Both the position numbers and the translations under genes were made by a program. Of a stretch of 64,000 nucleotides of DNA, positions 50,801 to 64,000 are shown piece after piece (position 1 is the stretch's first letter; each line of letters opens with the position of its first letter). This DNA is from Lytechinus pictus (Eukaryota): assembly GCF_037042905.1 (NCBI RefSeq), contig NW_026974158.1:372001-436000 (forward strand), given 5' to 3'. Below the pieces are notes generated by a model. That model had not been told where the DNA came from, ran no database searches, and worked only from the letters and a program-made list of their open reading frames with translations.

Positions 50801-53366
50801 TTCACCCTTCCTCTTCCTCCATCCAAATGTTTTTTTCTTGTTTCCCCTTCCTTTTCTCTCCCTATCCTTAGTTTTCTTCTTCCTCGTTTCATCTTCTCTT
50901 TTGGTCCCGCTTCTTTAAAACAAGGAGATAAAGAAAATTAAGAGACTATAATTATGTTATCCTGGGGAAATGGTTGCCCGTCCAAAAATTGAACAAACTA
51001 TTTTTAACAGTTTCTAATAAATCTTTGATCTAGCTATGCCTTATAGTTCCAAGCTGTTCCGGTCATATTCATTTCATCTTTCCATTTCCTTCTCTTTATT
51101 TTTATTTATTTATTTATTTATTTTTTTTTTTTTGGGGGGGGGGCTCCCGACACTTGTTTCAGATGCGAGTAATAATAAATATTCCAAGTTGACGTGAATT
51201 GTACGAATGGCTTGGGCCTACGAAACGAAAATGTGTGGAATCTTATTTTCCCACCTAAAACATCATGAATTGACCCTCTTCCAATGCGAAAAAGGAGGTT
51301 TTCATGGTTATTGCAGCAAATTCGAAAGATCAGTAACGTTTTATGACACGTGCGTGATTTTTGATTAAGCTACTGTGGCTTTATGAATGCACCCGAACTT
51401 CCATTATAGATGCGAACCATAGTTCAGAACAGTGACCCGAACTCTCCGATCCGACAATAAATATGAAGGCACGCCTTTGTTTTGGTCGTAGAGGGAGCTA
51501 TTTAGAATAGATTCTCCGGTTTTTCGACAGAAATTAAGACTTGCAGGAAAGACGAACAAAAGAACGGTGGCATCAATGGGCCTTTGATGGCGGCCGTTCC
51601 TTTGAAGAGAAGGGAACGTTGGGCAGGAAAGCCGAAGCGAAAACCCGGATGCAGTAAAGACGGTATAGAACGGTGCATGGACTTTTGACAAGCTCCCTAA
51701 CTTTCCATCAAGGGGTTTATGAGGTTTCTCTAACCAGAAACTATCGAAATTCCAAATATTTTGTTCTGATCGAGGGCGTTGACTTCATATATACACATAC
51801 GCCATCCCATTCTCTCTTTCGGGGGCGTAACGGGGGCGGTGGCCAGGCCAGGGGGGGGGGCAGAGTCTAAAATTTCCCGGCCCTATATATGATGTGAATC
51901 AGATTTTTCATAAATGCTCTATGCGGTACTAGCGCGATTAGTGAGATAGATGCAGGGGAGGAGGGAGGCTCAGCCTATAGTGCGTGAGGCCGCCGGGAAA
52001 CGGGGCGGGGGCTTCAAACCTGTACTTAAAAATTACCATCTGAAATTGAATTTTTGGATGGTCACCCCCCCCCCCCCCCCTTACGTTCAAGCCGTTTCGC
52101 GGCCCCTGATTAATTCATTATAACTTTTTTTTCAGGATTCCGGTCTTTTTCTCCACTTTGTGTCGTAGAACTTGGGAGAGGGGGGCATTCCGAAACCCGG
52201 GGCCAAAATCTTTAATTTGTGGGTGTGGTCCGGTACCCTGGTACCTCTCGAGATTCAGCCATTTCAAACTTTAAAGATGGCTACTGTATTCAATCAAATC
52301 GATGGTAAATGTTTCTCAAGACGCATTATAAACCTAATTGAGGGGCACAGCGTGGCAAATGTTTGAAATTTTCTAAAACGTCACGAGCGAGCGATATGAA
52401 AATAATGCTTTAGCAGTAGGCCGACCTCGAGAACTTCTAAAATTTCGATAATTTTTTTTGTCCTTATTGTCACCTATTTTGCACGAAATAACAGACTTCA
52501 TACACAGTCATATACTCCTATACCATATTACATTCTTCTTGTTTTTTAGTTATAAAATCCTCGGCATATCAGCCGTGTTCTCTTTTCCTTTGTTTTTTGG
52601 TAGCTAATTTCTAGTTCAATAAATCCATGAATGTTATGATTCATTCATTTTTTTTAAGCAGGCATTTCTGCATGTATTAATAAATCAAAATTGCAAATTT
52701 CTAACAATGATATAACATCAAACATACATGATTATAAAATTACAAAGGTGACAATTGTATAGTAGTTAAGTAGATACAGACATAATTCTATAACAAATAA
52801 TTCAACAATAAAAAATAAATTTAAGTGCCGATGCCAACTATCGTAAGCTGAAAGCTTGAAATAATAGCAGCCAGGGATAATCAGTAATGAATCAGTGAAT
52901 CAGTTATGAATCGTGTACTGGATTTTTTTATCTTTTTGGAAGTAGAAACTCATAATTATCTGTAGAGTGGCGACGTTTCACCAACCACTGTTTGCTAATT
53001 CATCAGACTTCATCATTCCCCGTGTCATTCCGTTTTTTATTTTAACCATCATTCCATTCTCCCGCCATAATTACCGGTTACATTTTGCCATTTATTTCCC
53101 CTTTCTCAGTCATTTAGAATTTGTTCTTTCTCACATTTTCTTCCTTTCCTTTGGTGTTTTGCCTCTTCTTTACTTCTTTCCTTTTCACCTTTTCCTTTTT
53201 CATCTTTTTCTATCTTTTCTTTCCCCATTTCCTTCTCCCTTTTCCTTATTTCCGTTTTTTTTTTAATAATTATGGCTGGTGAGCTCCTTGGGGGGGGGGG
53301 GGGGGAGGGGGGGGGGCAGTCTGCCCCACCGCCTGTCACGTCACTGCTTTCTTCCCGTTTTTCATT

Positions 53367-54218
53367 TTTGTCTCGCCTGCATAGCAGAGCGAGACTATAG
53401 GCACCGCTTTGGCGACGGCGGCGTCGTCAACATTGAAATCTTATAACCTTCGTTAAGTTTTTGAAATGTCATCATAACTTAGAAAGTAATGGATCTAGTT
53501 CATGAAACTTGAACATAGGGTAATGAAGTACCACTGAATATCCTGCCTGAGCTTCACGTCACATGATTAAGGTCAAGGTCACATAGGGTCAACAAACTTT
53601 GGCCATGTTGGGGTTATTTTAGGAATTGTCATCATAACTTTAGAAGTTTATGGATCTAGTTCATGAAACCTAGACATAAGAGCAATCAAGTATCCTTAAA
53701 AATCCTGTGCTAGATTCAGCTCACATGATCCAGGTAAAAAGGTCATTTAGGGTCAGCAAACTTTGGTAATATTAGGGGTATTTGTGGAATTGTCATCATA
53801 ACTTTAAAAGTCTGTGGATTTAGTTCATGAAACTCAGCAGCAATGTATCACTGAATACCCTGTGTGTGTTTCAGGAACATGGCCGAGATCAAAGGTCATT
53901 TAAAGGTCAATGAACTCTTGCCGTGTTGGGAGTATGTGTTGAATTGGCATTATACCTTGGGAAGTTCATGGTACTTCCTCATGAAACATCGACATAAGGG
54001 TAATCAAGTATGAATGGTTGTTTTGCCCGTGTTTTGCACATGTCTTAGGTCACATGATAAGGGTCAAAGGTCATTTTGAGTAAATGGACATAATATTTTA
54101 TTATCATATTAGTTTTTCATGTGTGAATAGTTATTCATTAGCTGTTTTTCAAAGGAAGCACTGCTGCTATATCGAAATGCGTAATGCAGGCGAGACTGCC
54201 AGAGGCGTTGCACTTGTT
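53367..54218. mobile_element. HINE/pearl-like element with an internal tandem array
   Basis: GTCTCGCCTGCAT / ATGCAGGCGAGAC subterminal inverted repeats, 5' hairpin, ~4 units of ~160 bp (GTCATCATAACTT...TAGTTCATGAAAC). Confidence 0.8.
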
Positions 54219-54403
54219 AATTTTCGGCAGCCCTTCTGTGTACATACGTCCGTCTCCCCTTTTCTTAATTTTTTCCTTCCCTTCCGACAATCCTTCCCGT
54301 TCCGTTTATCCATATTCAAATTTTATTTCCTCTTTAGCTGTCATCTTTCATTATCCATAGTAGGTCACACTCATCCCAGGTGTGGTAAGTGGGAACCTAG
54401 GCT

Positions 54404-54581
54404 GAGGGGCCGCGGAAGCGGGGAGGGGGGGGGGGTGACTGGGTGGCTTCAGCCCCGTCCCCACTTTTTTCAAAAACATTGCATGTAAAAAACGTAAAAT
54501 ATAATTTTTGCATGGTCAGCCCCCACACTTTGCTCAGCCCCCCCCCCCGCCGCCACTTTGAAAACCTTTCCGCGGCCCCTG
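54404..54581. mobile_element. hAT-like G-run MITE; family also at ~40197, ~51985-52108, ~55778-55968, ~56140-56306
   Basis: AGGGGCCGCGGAA...TTCCGCGGCCCCT termini. Confidence 0.7.
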
Positions 54582-56469
54582 TAGCTGACAGGAATTTATT
54601 CAACTGTTCATTGAAATACAATGAGAGTATACTCTGCCAAAGACATGGTATAATGAATTATTGTAAAGCGTTTATAGACCTACAGCAAGAAGCGTTATGA
54701 GGCCTATTGTCATTTTGAATGGAAATGAAATAAAGAAATGAAATAAATAATAGAAAACCATGATTATAGAAATACGAAGGTATATATGGCATACCTTAGT
54801 GTTTCTAAGAATAAAGCTAAGATACTATTATATTATACTTCGTTACTAAATAAAGACTGCTCAATGGCCATGGGAATTGGCGGTGGTGCTGCTAGCTGCA
54901 CCCCCATGGAGGGTGCTGCTTGTATTATTTTCCATAGGCAGTACCCCCTGGAAATCTGGATTCGGGTATTAAAAAAAATGGCCAAACTGTAACCTATACA
55001 TGAACACATTCTGTAGGAAAAACTTTAGTCATTTTTTGCTCTTCAAACTTATCTGGACGAAAACAACCTCCATTTCTTGGCTTGTCATATTTACTTCAGC
55101 ACCCCCAATAAAAAATAATTGTTTCCCAGTGCCTTGGACTGCCCATAAAAAAATAACATGTGACAAAAATTAGCTTTCGGCAACAGATGGGGTAATGTGA
55201 AAATACCACCCCCCCCCCCTTTGCGAAAGCCTCCGCCCCTTTTTGTAGTATTCAGCGGTGTAGCGAGAAATACGACGAGGCTTAAAACAAATTGTATATT
55301 TCTTGCGTATATATCCCCCCCAAAAAAAAAAAAAAACATGAAGAAACAAAAAGTCTAAGTTAGCCAAATTATCAGGGGAAATCTTAATATCAACTTCTCA
55401 TTTTTTTCACCGCCAAAAGAAAAGAAAGCTGTGGATGCCAAATGGAGGGAAACAAGACGAAGCAAAAAGAAATGATTATGTTGTATTATTCGTTTGACTT
55501 ATGAAGGACTGAAAAATGAAAGTTCTTTTTTGGTGATTCAGAAAATGATAGGCCTATATCATTAAGTCATTTCAATCTTTTCTTGCTACTTTTTTTTGCT
55601 TTATTCATCTTCGTTTTCCCCCTTTATCATGGATCTACAATCATGTGCCCCTATACGACAGACGCATTTTTTATACGACACGTCTTTTCCTAAAACAAAG
55701 TCGTTATAGAGCGCCTACTAAGCGACCATCATAAATAACCATAAATAATAAATCTATGTTTTTTTTTATATCACCTCAGGCGCCGCGGCTGTTTGAAAGT
55801 GATGGGGGTTGAGCTGAAAATGGGGGGGGGGGGGGGAGGGGGGCCGAGGCGCAGCCAGCCAAAAATCATAATCAGATGGTCATCTATACGTACGATTTTT
55901 AGAAAAAAAAAGTGGGGAGGGGGCCTGAAGCCCCCGCAGCCCGTCTCCCCCCGTTTCTGCGGCCCCTGAGGTCTATAATGCCATTTCTATCTTCAAGAAG
56001 AATTCCGTGTTCGTACGCCTACCCCACTGATCAAGGGGGACCGGGGAGTGCCCCGCCACCTCCATTAAAAAAGGGCTATAGAGTCTTTTTGCCGATTTTC
56101 AAAATCAATTTTCACCATTGTTCAACATCGATCAATACAAATGCGGAATGGTTTTCAAAGTGGGATGCTGAGCCAAAGTGGGGGCTGGCAGTGCAAAAAA
56201 TAATCACATTCGTTTTTACGTAACGTTTTTGTACAGTTTTGGAAAAAAAAGTTGAGGGAGGGGTGAAGCCCCCCTCAGCACCCCCCCCCCGGTTCCGCAG
56301 CCCCTGCATATAGCCTACCCTGTTCAATATGAGACATAATGTGAGCACCCGCCTCCTCCATCCGCCGGCCGCGCCCTTTCCGGTGAGCTTGGATGGACAA
56401 TCTATTTTTCATTACATTTTATTTGTATAATATATTTATTTTCAGTTATACCTTTTTTTTTTACAAGTG

Positions 56470-56628
56470 CACACCAAGTTACCAATAATGCATAGCATTT
56501 CCATTTATTTGAAAGCAGGATAAAAGAGCATTGTAGATTAAATGCCTTGCTCACGGGCATACAGGTGCCGCGGCCAGGGATCGAACCCCGGACTATTTAT
56601 GTATAGCTAGGCGCCTTAGACCACTCGG
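56470..56628 (-). mobile_element. tRNA-derived SINE, head abutting the assembly gap
   Basis: Minus strand reads CCGAGTGGTCTAAGGCGCC (box A) ... GGGGTTCGATCCC (box B) ... CCCGTGAGCAAGGCATTTA (SINE core). Confidence 0.75.
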
Positions 56629-56804
56629 NNNNNNNNNNNNNNNNNNNNNNNNNNNNNNNNNNNNNNNNNNNNNNNNNNNNNNNNNNNNNNNNNNNNNNNN
56701 NNNNNNNNNNNNNNNNNNNNNNNNNNNNNNNNNNNNNNNNNNNNNNNNNNNNNNNNNNNNNNNNNNNNNNNNNNNNNNNNNNNNNNNNNNNNNNNNNNNN
56801 NNNN
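56629..56804. other. Assembly gap (176 N)
   Basis: Run of N. Confidence 1.
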
Positions 56805-58499
56805 ACATATGAAGAGGCAAAGGGGTAATATATATATATGTGGGCCATCCTGGGAAAATGGGTATTATAGGTGAAATTTTGGATTTTGGTTTTTTTATTT
56901 TTTCTGGTACATGGACACATGTACAATGTGTATACAAAATATTAGAGTCTAATTCATATTTAAATCAGAGATATGGCCAATTGAATCAGGGGTACCCCCC
57001 CCCCCTGCCTGGCTGTCTGGGTCGTCATGGTAGTCGGGCTTATTATTCATCTTTTCATGATAGGGAAATGTTGGTTCTTTTGTAACGCCCAACATACCTG
57101 GCATAGGCGAGGTGATATTTTGTAGTGCAGACATAATTTTTATATATACACAGCTAGGCGAATACAATAAAACAAATTATTCTACATATTCAACCACACC
57201 CACACTAGAACCCACACCCACACACTCACATTACATGAAAAAAAAAAACCTTATGGAGACTATTTGTCATACTATATATAGTTCGTCATAGCGCGTAGTT
57301 TTAACATGAGAGGAGGTTCCCAGATCCAATGACCAGGGGAAGATGGGGTTGGGTTATTCATCTGATTTTTTTGTTGTTGGGGGGGGGGGCAGCTTATCAT
57401 TTTTTTGGGGGGTGCCCACCCCCACAGGCGCCGCAGAACATTTTTTTGAAAATGGGAGGGGCTGTCCATGCAAACAAAAAATCACAAACAAATGGTAATT
57501 TTTTACATGTTTATACATGCGTTCTGGGGAATAAAAGTGGGGCCAAAGCCCCTGCCCACCTCCATCCTAGATTTGTCCCTGCCCTTAACCCCCCCCCCCC
57601 CAAAAAAAAAGAAGACACCACCATGCTGTTTGTCCATACTTCACTTTCTCGCAAAGTAAAATCTTAAAAAAATCATGCTTAAGCTTTGGAAAATAACCAC
57701 AAACAAAATTCAATTGTGCAAAACCAAGTTTTTTCGGTGGCAATACACAATAGTGAAAAGCTGATGCGAGCTACATTTCATAAAGATTTAATATGACAGC
57801 AACTGATGAAATATCAACTTTCATTGAACTAGCGAATCAGGAAGCAGAAGGTTCACTGTTTTCATGGTAGTTTTCATTCGAGCAAGGGATCATATCCATA
57901 TTTAATGAAATGGGCCACATTTGGTTTCTTTTAAGGGATGGGGTAGTCATGAAAATATATTTCACAAATTGCTGCCAAATTATCTGGATCACTGAAGGAT
58001 TTTTTTTAGGGCACTTCGTTTGAAAAGAAGAATAAAACTGTGCATAAAAACTTGGCTCCACATATTAATACGACAGGTATTATAACTAACAAATACTCAC
58101 AAATACATAGTCATCTTTTCTCTGCTACACTCTGTACACGTGTGTAATGATATGCGTTGTAAACATCTTATGCTTGAATAAAAAAATAATATCAGAGTTT
58201 AATTCTTGATATGGAAGAGACTACATACATTTACTCTCTTCTATGCAGCAGTATTAGCAAAACTCAGGAATGTGCATCGCTCTCCACTGTCCAAATTTGC
58301 ACTAAAAATTATATAATACACGATAATCTCTCCTTAGTGTGTGTGTTTAACATTATCACAAACTTCTTAATACAGCAGCAAACTTACCACATTTCAATTT
58401 TCTACAATGACATCCTTCTAATGGGTTAGCAAACGTTACAAATTAAGTTTATTTTTTATATCGAAAAACTTCAGAGTTTGTTCATTCAAAGTAAACATG

Positions 58500-60800
58500 T
58501 ATTCATTGTTCAATTTCCTCTCCTACCGGGGGAGGCCGCGAGGTGCCTTGTCCTCATCTAAGATCTTTCCATATATCATATTCCCTCTATTTGGAAAATC
58601 CAGTTGATAGCTTATCTGGGAGTATCTGAGAGACTATGTCAGCAGGGTTCACCAAAGGGGATAATTTTCTTCCTCTGCATTGTTTGCTTTCTTCATGTTC
58701 CAGTCTTAAAAATGCCACGTTCCGATGACTCAAATCTACATGTTTGATGAATGCAATTGAAAAGTTCACCGATATTAATGTGTTATAAAAACAGTCACAT
58801 TACACTCTCATTTCTTCATGATTCATGGACATTTATCAACAACATGATATTTAAAATACATTAACTTTTCACTCTTTGGCTTTGTGTAAATGTTACTTGT
58901 ATTTCTAATAAAGGTGGAAGTACTCCCTGATGTCATATTTTTCTACCAAAAAAGATTTAACTATTGTTGGTTAAAAACATCCCTCCAAAATTCATGAGAT
59001 GATCATATTTAAATGTTTAATTTGATGTATCACTTGCAAAAAGCTTTCTCTGCATGAGCTTTTATCCAAATTCTATATTTTTTTTCATTTTTTATTGTTT
59101 TTATCATTTTATATTTTTTCATATTTTCCATAATTCTAGATTTCATGTACTAATAGTGGTAAAATAAATGTTAAAACAATATCTTATAAAACGGCAATTA
59201 ATTCGTGGAAAAATCGGTTACAACTGACATGATAAAGTAAAAACTGGCACACTATTTCCATATAAAATATGGATAAAGCATGGAAAGCTACCTGAAGCTG
59301 TGGTAATGGTGAATCCCATAACAGAGTCTTAAAGTACTTCTTGAAGGGCTGCTGTCAGCTGTATGTTGGTTCTGAGATGTCTTGTCCTCACTGCACTAAT
59401 ATAGTTGCTATGTAGATCCCGTGCCTTTAACATGTTTAACACAACGAAAGAAAACAAGGCCAATTAGTTAACAAATTTTCAGAGTTAAAGTTTATTTAAA
59501 AAAAAAAAAATACTTAAGAAAAAAAACAACAAAAAAAACAAGTAAAACTATAATTTATTTTTATTTTCAAAAATATGTCTTTTCATTTTTTTTTATAATA
59601 TTGAATGATTTTGTGTAGAAAGTTGGCGAACCTCATGTAATGTAGCTCGACCAGATTGTAGAAAAAAATAAGAAATACCCCCCACACCCGCCCCCAAAAT
59701 ATATTGTTATTTTTTAATAAATTTCTTATAAATTGTGACAATCTGGTTTCTAGTTATAATTTCGATATCATTTGCACAGCTTTGGTGAAGTTCATACCAA
59801 ATAGACCCCACCCCCTCCGAAAAAAAAAAAATTTGAAATCAGAAGTCCGACAAATAAGAATTTTGTTAGAAGAGGGGATTTGAAAAATGTCCATAATTAA
59901 CCGATTTACAAGGGTACTCCGAGCTGAAAATAATTTCATCAAATGTAAGCAAATGCTGCAAATTTCATCAAAATCTGATAACAACTAGATCTAAAAGGGT
60001 TTTTCATGCATTATAAAAACAGTTATATGCACGTCTTAAAAAATATTCGTTAGATGGGCTGATGATGACACCCCACTTTAACTTTTCTTATAACAAAACA
60101 TGAAATCATACTTATTTTATTTGGTCATACGTGTGTGAATGATATGTCACCTTTTTGCATTAATTAATATCTAGTCTTGGAGGGGGGGGGGGGGGGAAAG
60201 AACAAACAAAATTTCATGTAACAAGGTGAGACATCTTTGCATCAGTTTGTCAAGTAAATTCATAAAAGCATGCATAGAACTGTTTCACCGAAATCCATAT
60301 CTTTAAATTATCATAGCTCTTTTACTCCTTGTCCAATTTTGATTTTTTTTTATATACATTTTTTACAAACTTGTTGCATGTGATAGATTTAACTTAAATG
60401 GTTACAAGTATGTAACGGAGGCCTATCTAAGTACGTGCAGATCTAGATCTAGTTGATAGCCTAGGCATACATAAGTTAGATCTTAAAAAGGCCGTCAAAG
60501 TCCCGGACAAATACCGCGAATCGCTGCAGCAGTCGCATGTAATTTGACGTTTAAAGTCGTTCCTAAAAAAAGCTCTCTCTCGATCGATCCACATAAACAC
60601 GCAACACAAAATTCACATTCACGTGTTTAGTTGCCATGTTCCTCGCATCGCAATTATCAATGAATTTAACAAAACAACTCAATCTGCAACATCATTTAAC
60701 TTACCTTCATGGATTTCAGCCAAGGGAATTAAATTCAATCAACATGTATCCGAACCCGCCACCAAATATATCGAGCCGATATCAACAGTTCTGAAAAATA
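58500..60800 (-). ncRNA. Candidate spliced non-coding transcript (exons ~60800-60705, 59393-59292, from ~58737)
   Basis: Donor AAG|GTAAGT at 60705, acceptor TGCAG and donor CAG|GTAGC around a ~100 bp exon; no convincing spliced ORF. Confidence 0.3.
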
Positions 60801-61939
60801 AAAATGCGCCTGACATTTTTTTTTATTTCCCGCGGGTTGTTTGTTTTGTTTTTCCTCGCGACGCGCGCCAGACAAAAGTTTGATGACACGCGTATTTAAA
60901 TGACGTCCTAGCGCATTTATTGTCTCTCACCAATAGTCTGGTTTTTGCGCGACGCCACACATATTATATACATTTTGTATTGGTTTGTTTCATCTATTAG
61001 GCCTAATATATTATTTTTTCATCGAAGAGATGTCTGTTGTTTGAGATGTAATCAAAAATATGGCACTCATCTTTATTCACAGAAAATATTATTTATGTGT
61101 TTTCTTTGGTTGTTAATTCATACTAAATTATTTTGGGGCGTGTTGTGGGGCTTCTCATTCATAACGGCAGAGACAGCATCCAAATTCCGCTGCACAGTTT
61201 ACACTGTTTGTTATATTTATATTCCACATCTTTATTTCGTTTGTATAAAATGACTAGGGGTGAAGATGGTCCCGAGAGGGTTGTTCAATGACTGCGGCAG
61301 CAACTTCCTCTCGGCATGCTCGGTATACAGGTGGCTCGGCTCAGTGCCGCACTGCACGGACTGGGAAACTGCTTTCTATTTCTAAGCTGTGGACGAATGC
61401 GCGCGAATATGCATGTAGCCTTGTAGGCCTGCACAATGTATGCATTGTGAACTCTTACCTCTATCCGGACGGTGCCACGAAAAACATAAAGGAAAAAGGT
61501 ATATATTTACATTTCTTATGTATTTTCATTGTTTTATTTTCTTATCATATCTGATGTCGAAAGCGATTGACTCCTGTGGTTATTCCCAAACCATGAACCC
61601 TAGGGTTCTTCGAGCACAATTCCAAACAAACGCCTGCTTCAATTCAACAGGGCCGGCCAAGACTCGGGATACGAAAGATGCCGTCATGCACCGGGCCTAC
61701 TGGCTGGCCGGACAAGCCATATGCACAGCGCTATGAGAGTTGTTGGGCATGCAGCGCTAGCCATAGCTTATCAATTTCGGACCCAGTCGGTCAACAACGT
61801 TACGGGTTGCGCGCGCTTTGCAAGCTCGGCCACGGTCTTCTAGCAGACGGCAAACCGCCATGCTGACGAGAAAGTGCGATTTTTCCGAAACCAAATCAAC
61901 GCTGGTTCTGGTTTAGCCGAGAGGGGGCGCAAGACAAAT

Positions 61940-62151
61940 TACGGATTTGAATCAAAATGCTCTGGATTTCCGATCTCAGCAACGATACGAGATAGTGGTT
62001 TATTTTCATCTAGAATTATTCTAAATTGACTAAATATGTCAAATATTATATATGTTCTGATTCCATGTCATATTTTAGACCTCCTGAAAGAATCTGTGAT
62101 CGATATTCGCGGGTTTTCTCGTCTACTACCAGTACCGGTCTTTACCTTTAA
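61940..62151 (-). mobile_element. Kolobok-type transposon terminus (other end not located)
   Basis: Minus strand TTAA-AGGTAAAGACCGGTACTGGTAG resembles the termini at 1474 and 30321. Confidence 0.5.
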
Positions 62152-62754
62152 AGTGTCACGATCGATGTCATATTATTTTTTTACCTAGTTGGCAAAATTT
62201 ATTATCTTTCTTATGTTTCGCTTCAAAATGGTATCTTTATTTGCTTGTCTTGCTCCTCCACCCCTTATCAAAATACCCTGCCGGCACTTGATCTGAGATT
62301 ATTTTGTTTTACTACTTGAAACTTATAAAGGGATCTTTCCTTCGATCGCAAGACAGGATAAAATGTGTGTTTTTGAAAATAAATAAAATAAAAAAATACA
62401 TAGGATTGGAGCTGTGATTTTCCTAATTTCTTTCTTTGTCATCTCCATCCTACTTGCATACTAGTAGGCCTATATAACATATTTTCAGAAAAAGCCCTGG
62501 TTTTAAATTGTGAGACATGTTTTTAAATCCTATCCTTATATTTAAAAAAAGGAATAAAGAAAAAGACAAAATTAAAAGACATATAAAAGACAAAGAAAGA
62601 AAGAAAAAATAAATATTTGAATTTCACTTTATTCAATTACTTTACGTTAATAATATGATATATATGATGGCGAAAATAGTCAAATTGACTGGTTGCCAAG
62701 TAAAAAGTAAGAACCCCCCCCCCCCTGTACAAACGCACGGATTGCAGCTAACTA

Positions 62755-62938
62755 GTAATTTGCACGCGTACACGTGTTTCCGGTTCCGCCATTTGAAAAA
62801 AAAAACTTTCGTAACTGCTCAGCTGAACGTGAAGCTTGATGAAGAAGGCCGTCAATAATTCAACAAAAACTAACAGAATATGGATCAGATTCGGACAACG
62901 ACTTCTAAGACATTCACACAACAGGCTAAACAGTAAGT
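62755..62938 (+). promoter_or_regulatory. Candidate CpG-rich promoter and first exon
   Basis: CACGTG, TTCCGG (ETS-like) and CCGCCATTT (YY1-like) motifs clustered at 62771-62795, followed by donor ACA|GTAAGT at 62933. Confidence 0.4.
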
Positions 62939-63357
62939 TAGCTCCATTTTTTCGTAGTTTGGCGCGGCATGCACTTAAATTTCTTCGACTTTTTAATCTC
63001 ATCTATACCGTACGGCCACTGCACTGGCGTTGTTCCCGATCCCGCTCGCTTAACGGGCGGGCGGTGAGCGCTGATCTGCGGTGTGCGCGGCCGGGGACGG
63101 CCAACTGCTGGCTAGTATTGGTGGCGGCGGTGAGGATGTTTGTATTGTAGCCAGGTAAGGGTCCCGTTTTTCCACACCGTCGTAAGTCTAACTTCTTGAC
63201 TAAATCAAAGATAGTAAGCTACTTGTCCGCTAACCGTTTCACGAAGCCCTCCTTGACAAGAAATGCAAGATCGGGGGCGCTAATGCAGTTTCGCACCCGC
63301 CGATTACAGTGCTAGCATACCTCATCACCAATACTTGGGCCCAAATCATGTCATGAC

Positions 63358-63852
63358 TAGCCTGGAGGCGTCTGGGAGTAAAATTATTTCTACTATACGT
63401 AGGCTTACTCCCCATGACGCCTGGCACGGCAAGGCATTGGGCCACACGTAGGAGAGTTTTTTGGAGAAAACAATGTTGCTCCTAAATATTTGATTTATCT
63501 AACTTGCTTATCACACAATTTTGTAAATGGAAAAGAAGTTCATTTCCCCCCATTAGGCACTTATAAAGTTGTTTTACACGAAAAATAATACAAATATTAA
63601 TAAAAATCATGTAAGAAGATGAGCGGATACTCACCGATGATCTTGTCACCATATTTCCTTCTTTGTTCGTAGCCTAGTTACAAGACGCGTATAAGAGAGG
63701 GCGACGATATCATAAGCAGTGCCAATAAAAAAAAAAAAACTTTGGCCGATGATAATCGTGAATTGTTAAATACTTGCATTAGCCACTAAATATTTATGTG
63801 CTAAGCCTACGTGTAGTAGAAATAATTTTACTCCCTAGACGCCTCCAGGCTA
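63358..63852. mobile_element. MITE with ~50 bp TIRs and an 8 bp target-site duplication
   Basis: GTCATGAC-TAGCCTGGAGGCGTC...GACGCCTCCAGGCTA-GTCATGAC. Confidence 0.9.
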
Positions 63853-64000
63853 GTCATGACAAGTCTCTCGGTCACATTTAACCACTGCTTTTCCGGCGCT
63901 AATGCAGTTTCGCATCTGCCGATTACCAGCATACCTCATCACCAATACTTGTTCCCAGATGTCATGACAAGTCTCTTGATTCACATTTGCTTTCCAAAAT

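Noticed and set aside
56593-56937. ORFs spanning X runs
   Set aside because: Artefacts of the N gap

Overview
AT-rich, intron-containing animal DNA; the repeat families and gene content suggest a sea urchin or other echinoderm (inference). Most short ORFs in the track are noise. Supported coding content: (1) an intact catalytic exon of a CHST11-like carbohydrate sulfotransferase (22533-23417, +), plus two probable decayed paralogue remnants on the minus strand; (2) a five-exon SAMD3-like gene (5710-11306, -) with a premature stop, and a separate candidate first exon at 2399-2459; (3) a ~5.2 kb internally deleted Kolobok-type transposon (30321-35547) keeping four spliced 5' exons of a putative transposase facing two exons of a KolX/P2X7-ballast-like Cys-cluster gene. 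The rest is densely nested non-autonomous transposons. Two structures stand out. One is an LTR with a tRNA-Ser primer-binding site followed by an inverted tRNA 3' half + CCA fused to antisense LTR end, resembling a fossilised tRNA-primed reverse-transcription intermediate (25523-26464). The other is a 6.7 kb multi-level foldback just upstream of the sulfotransferase exon. An N gap lies at 56629-56804. All calls were read by eye; no database searches were run.
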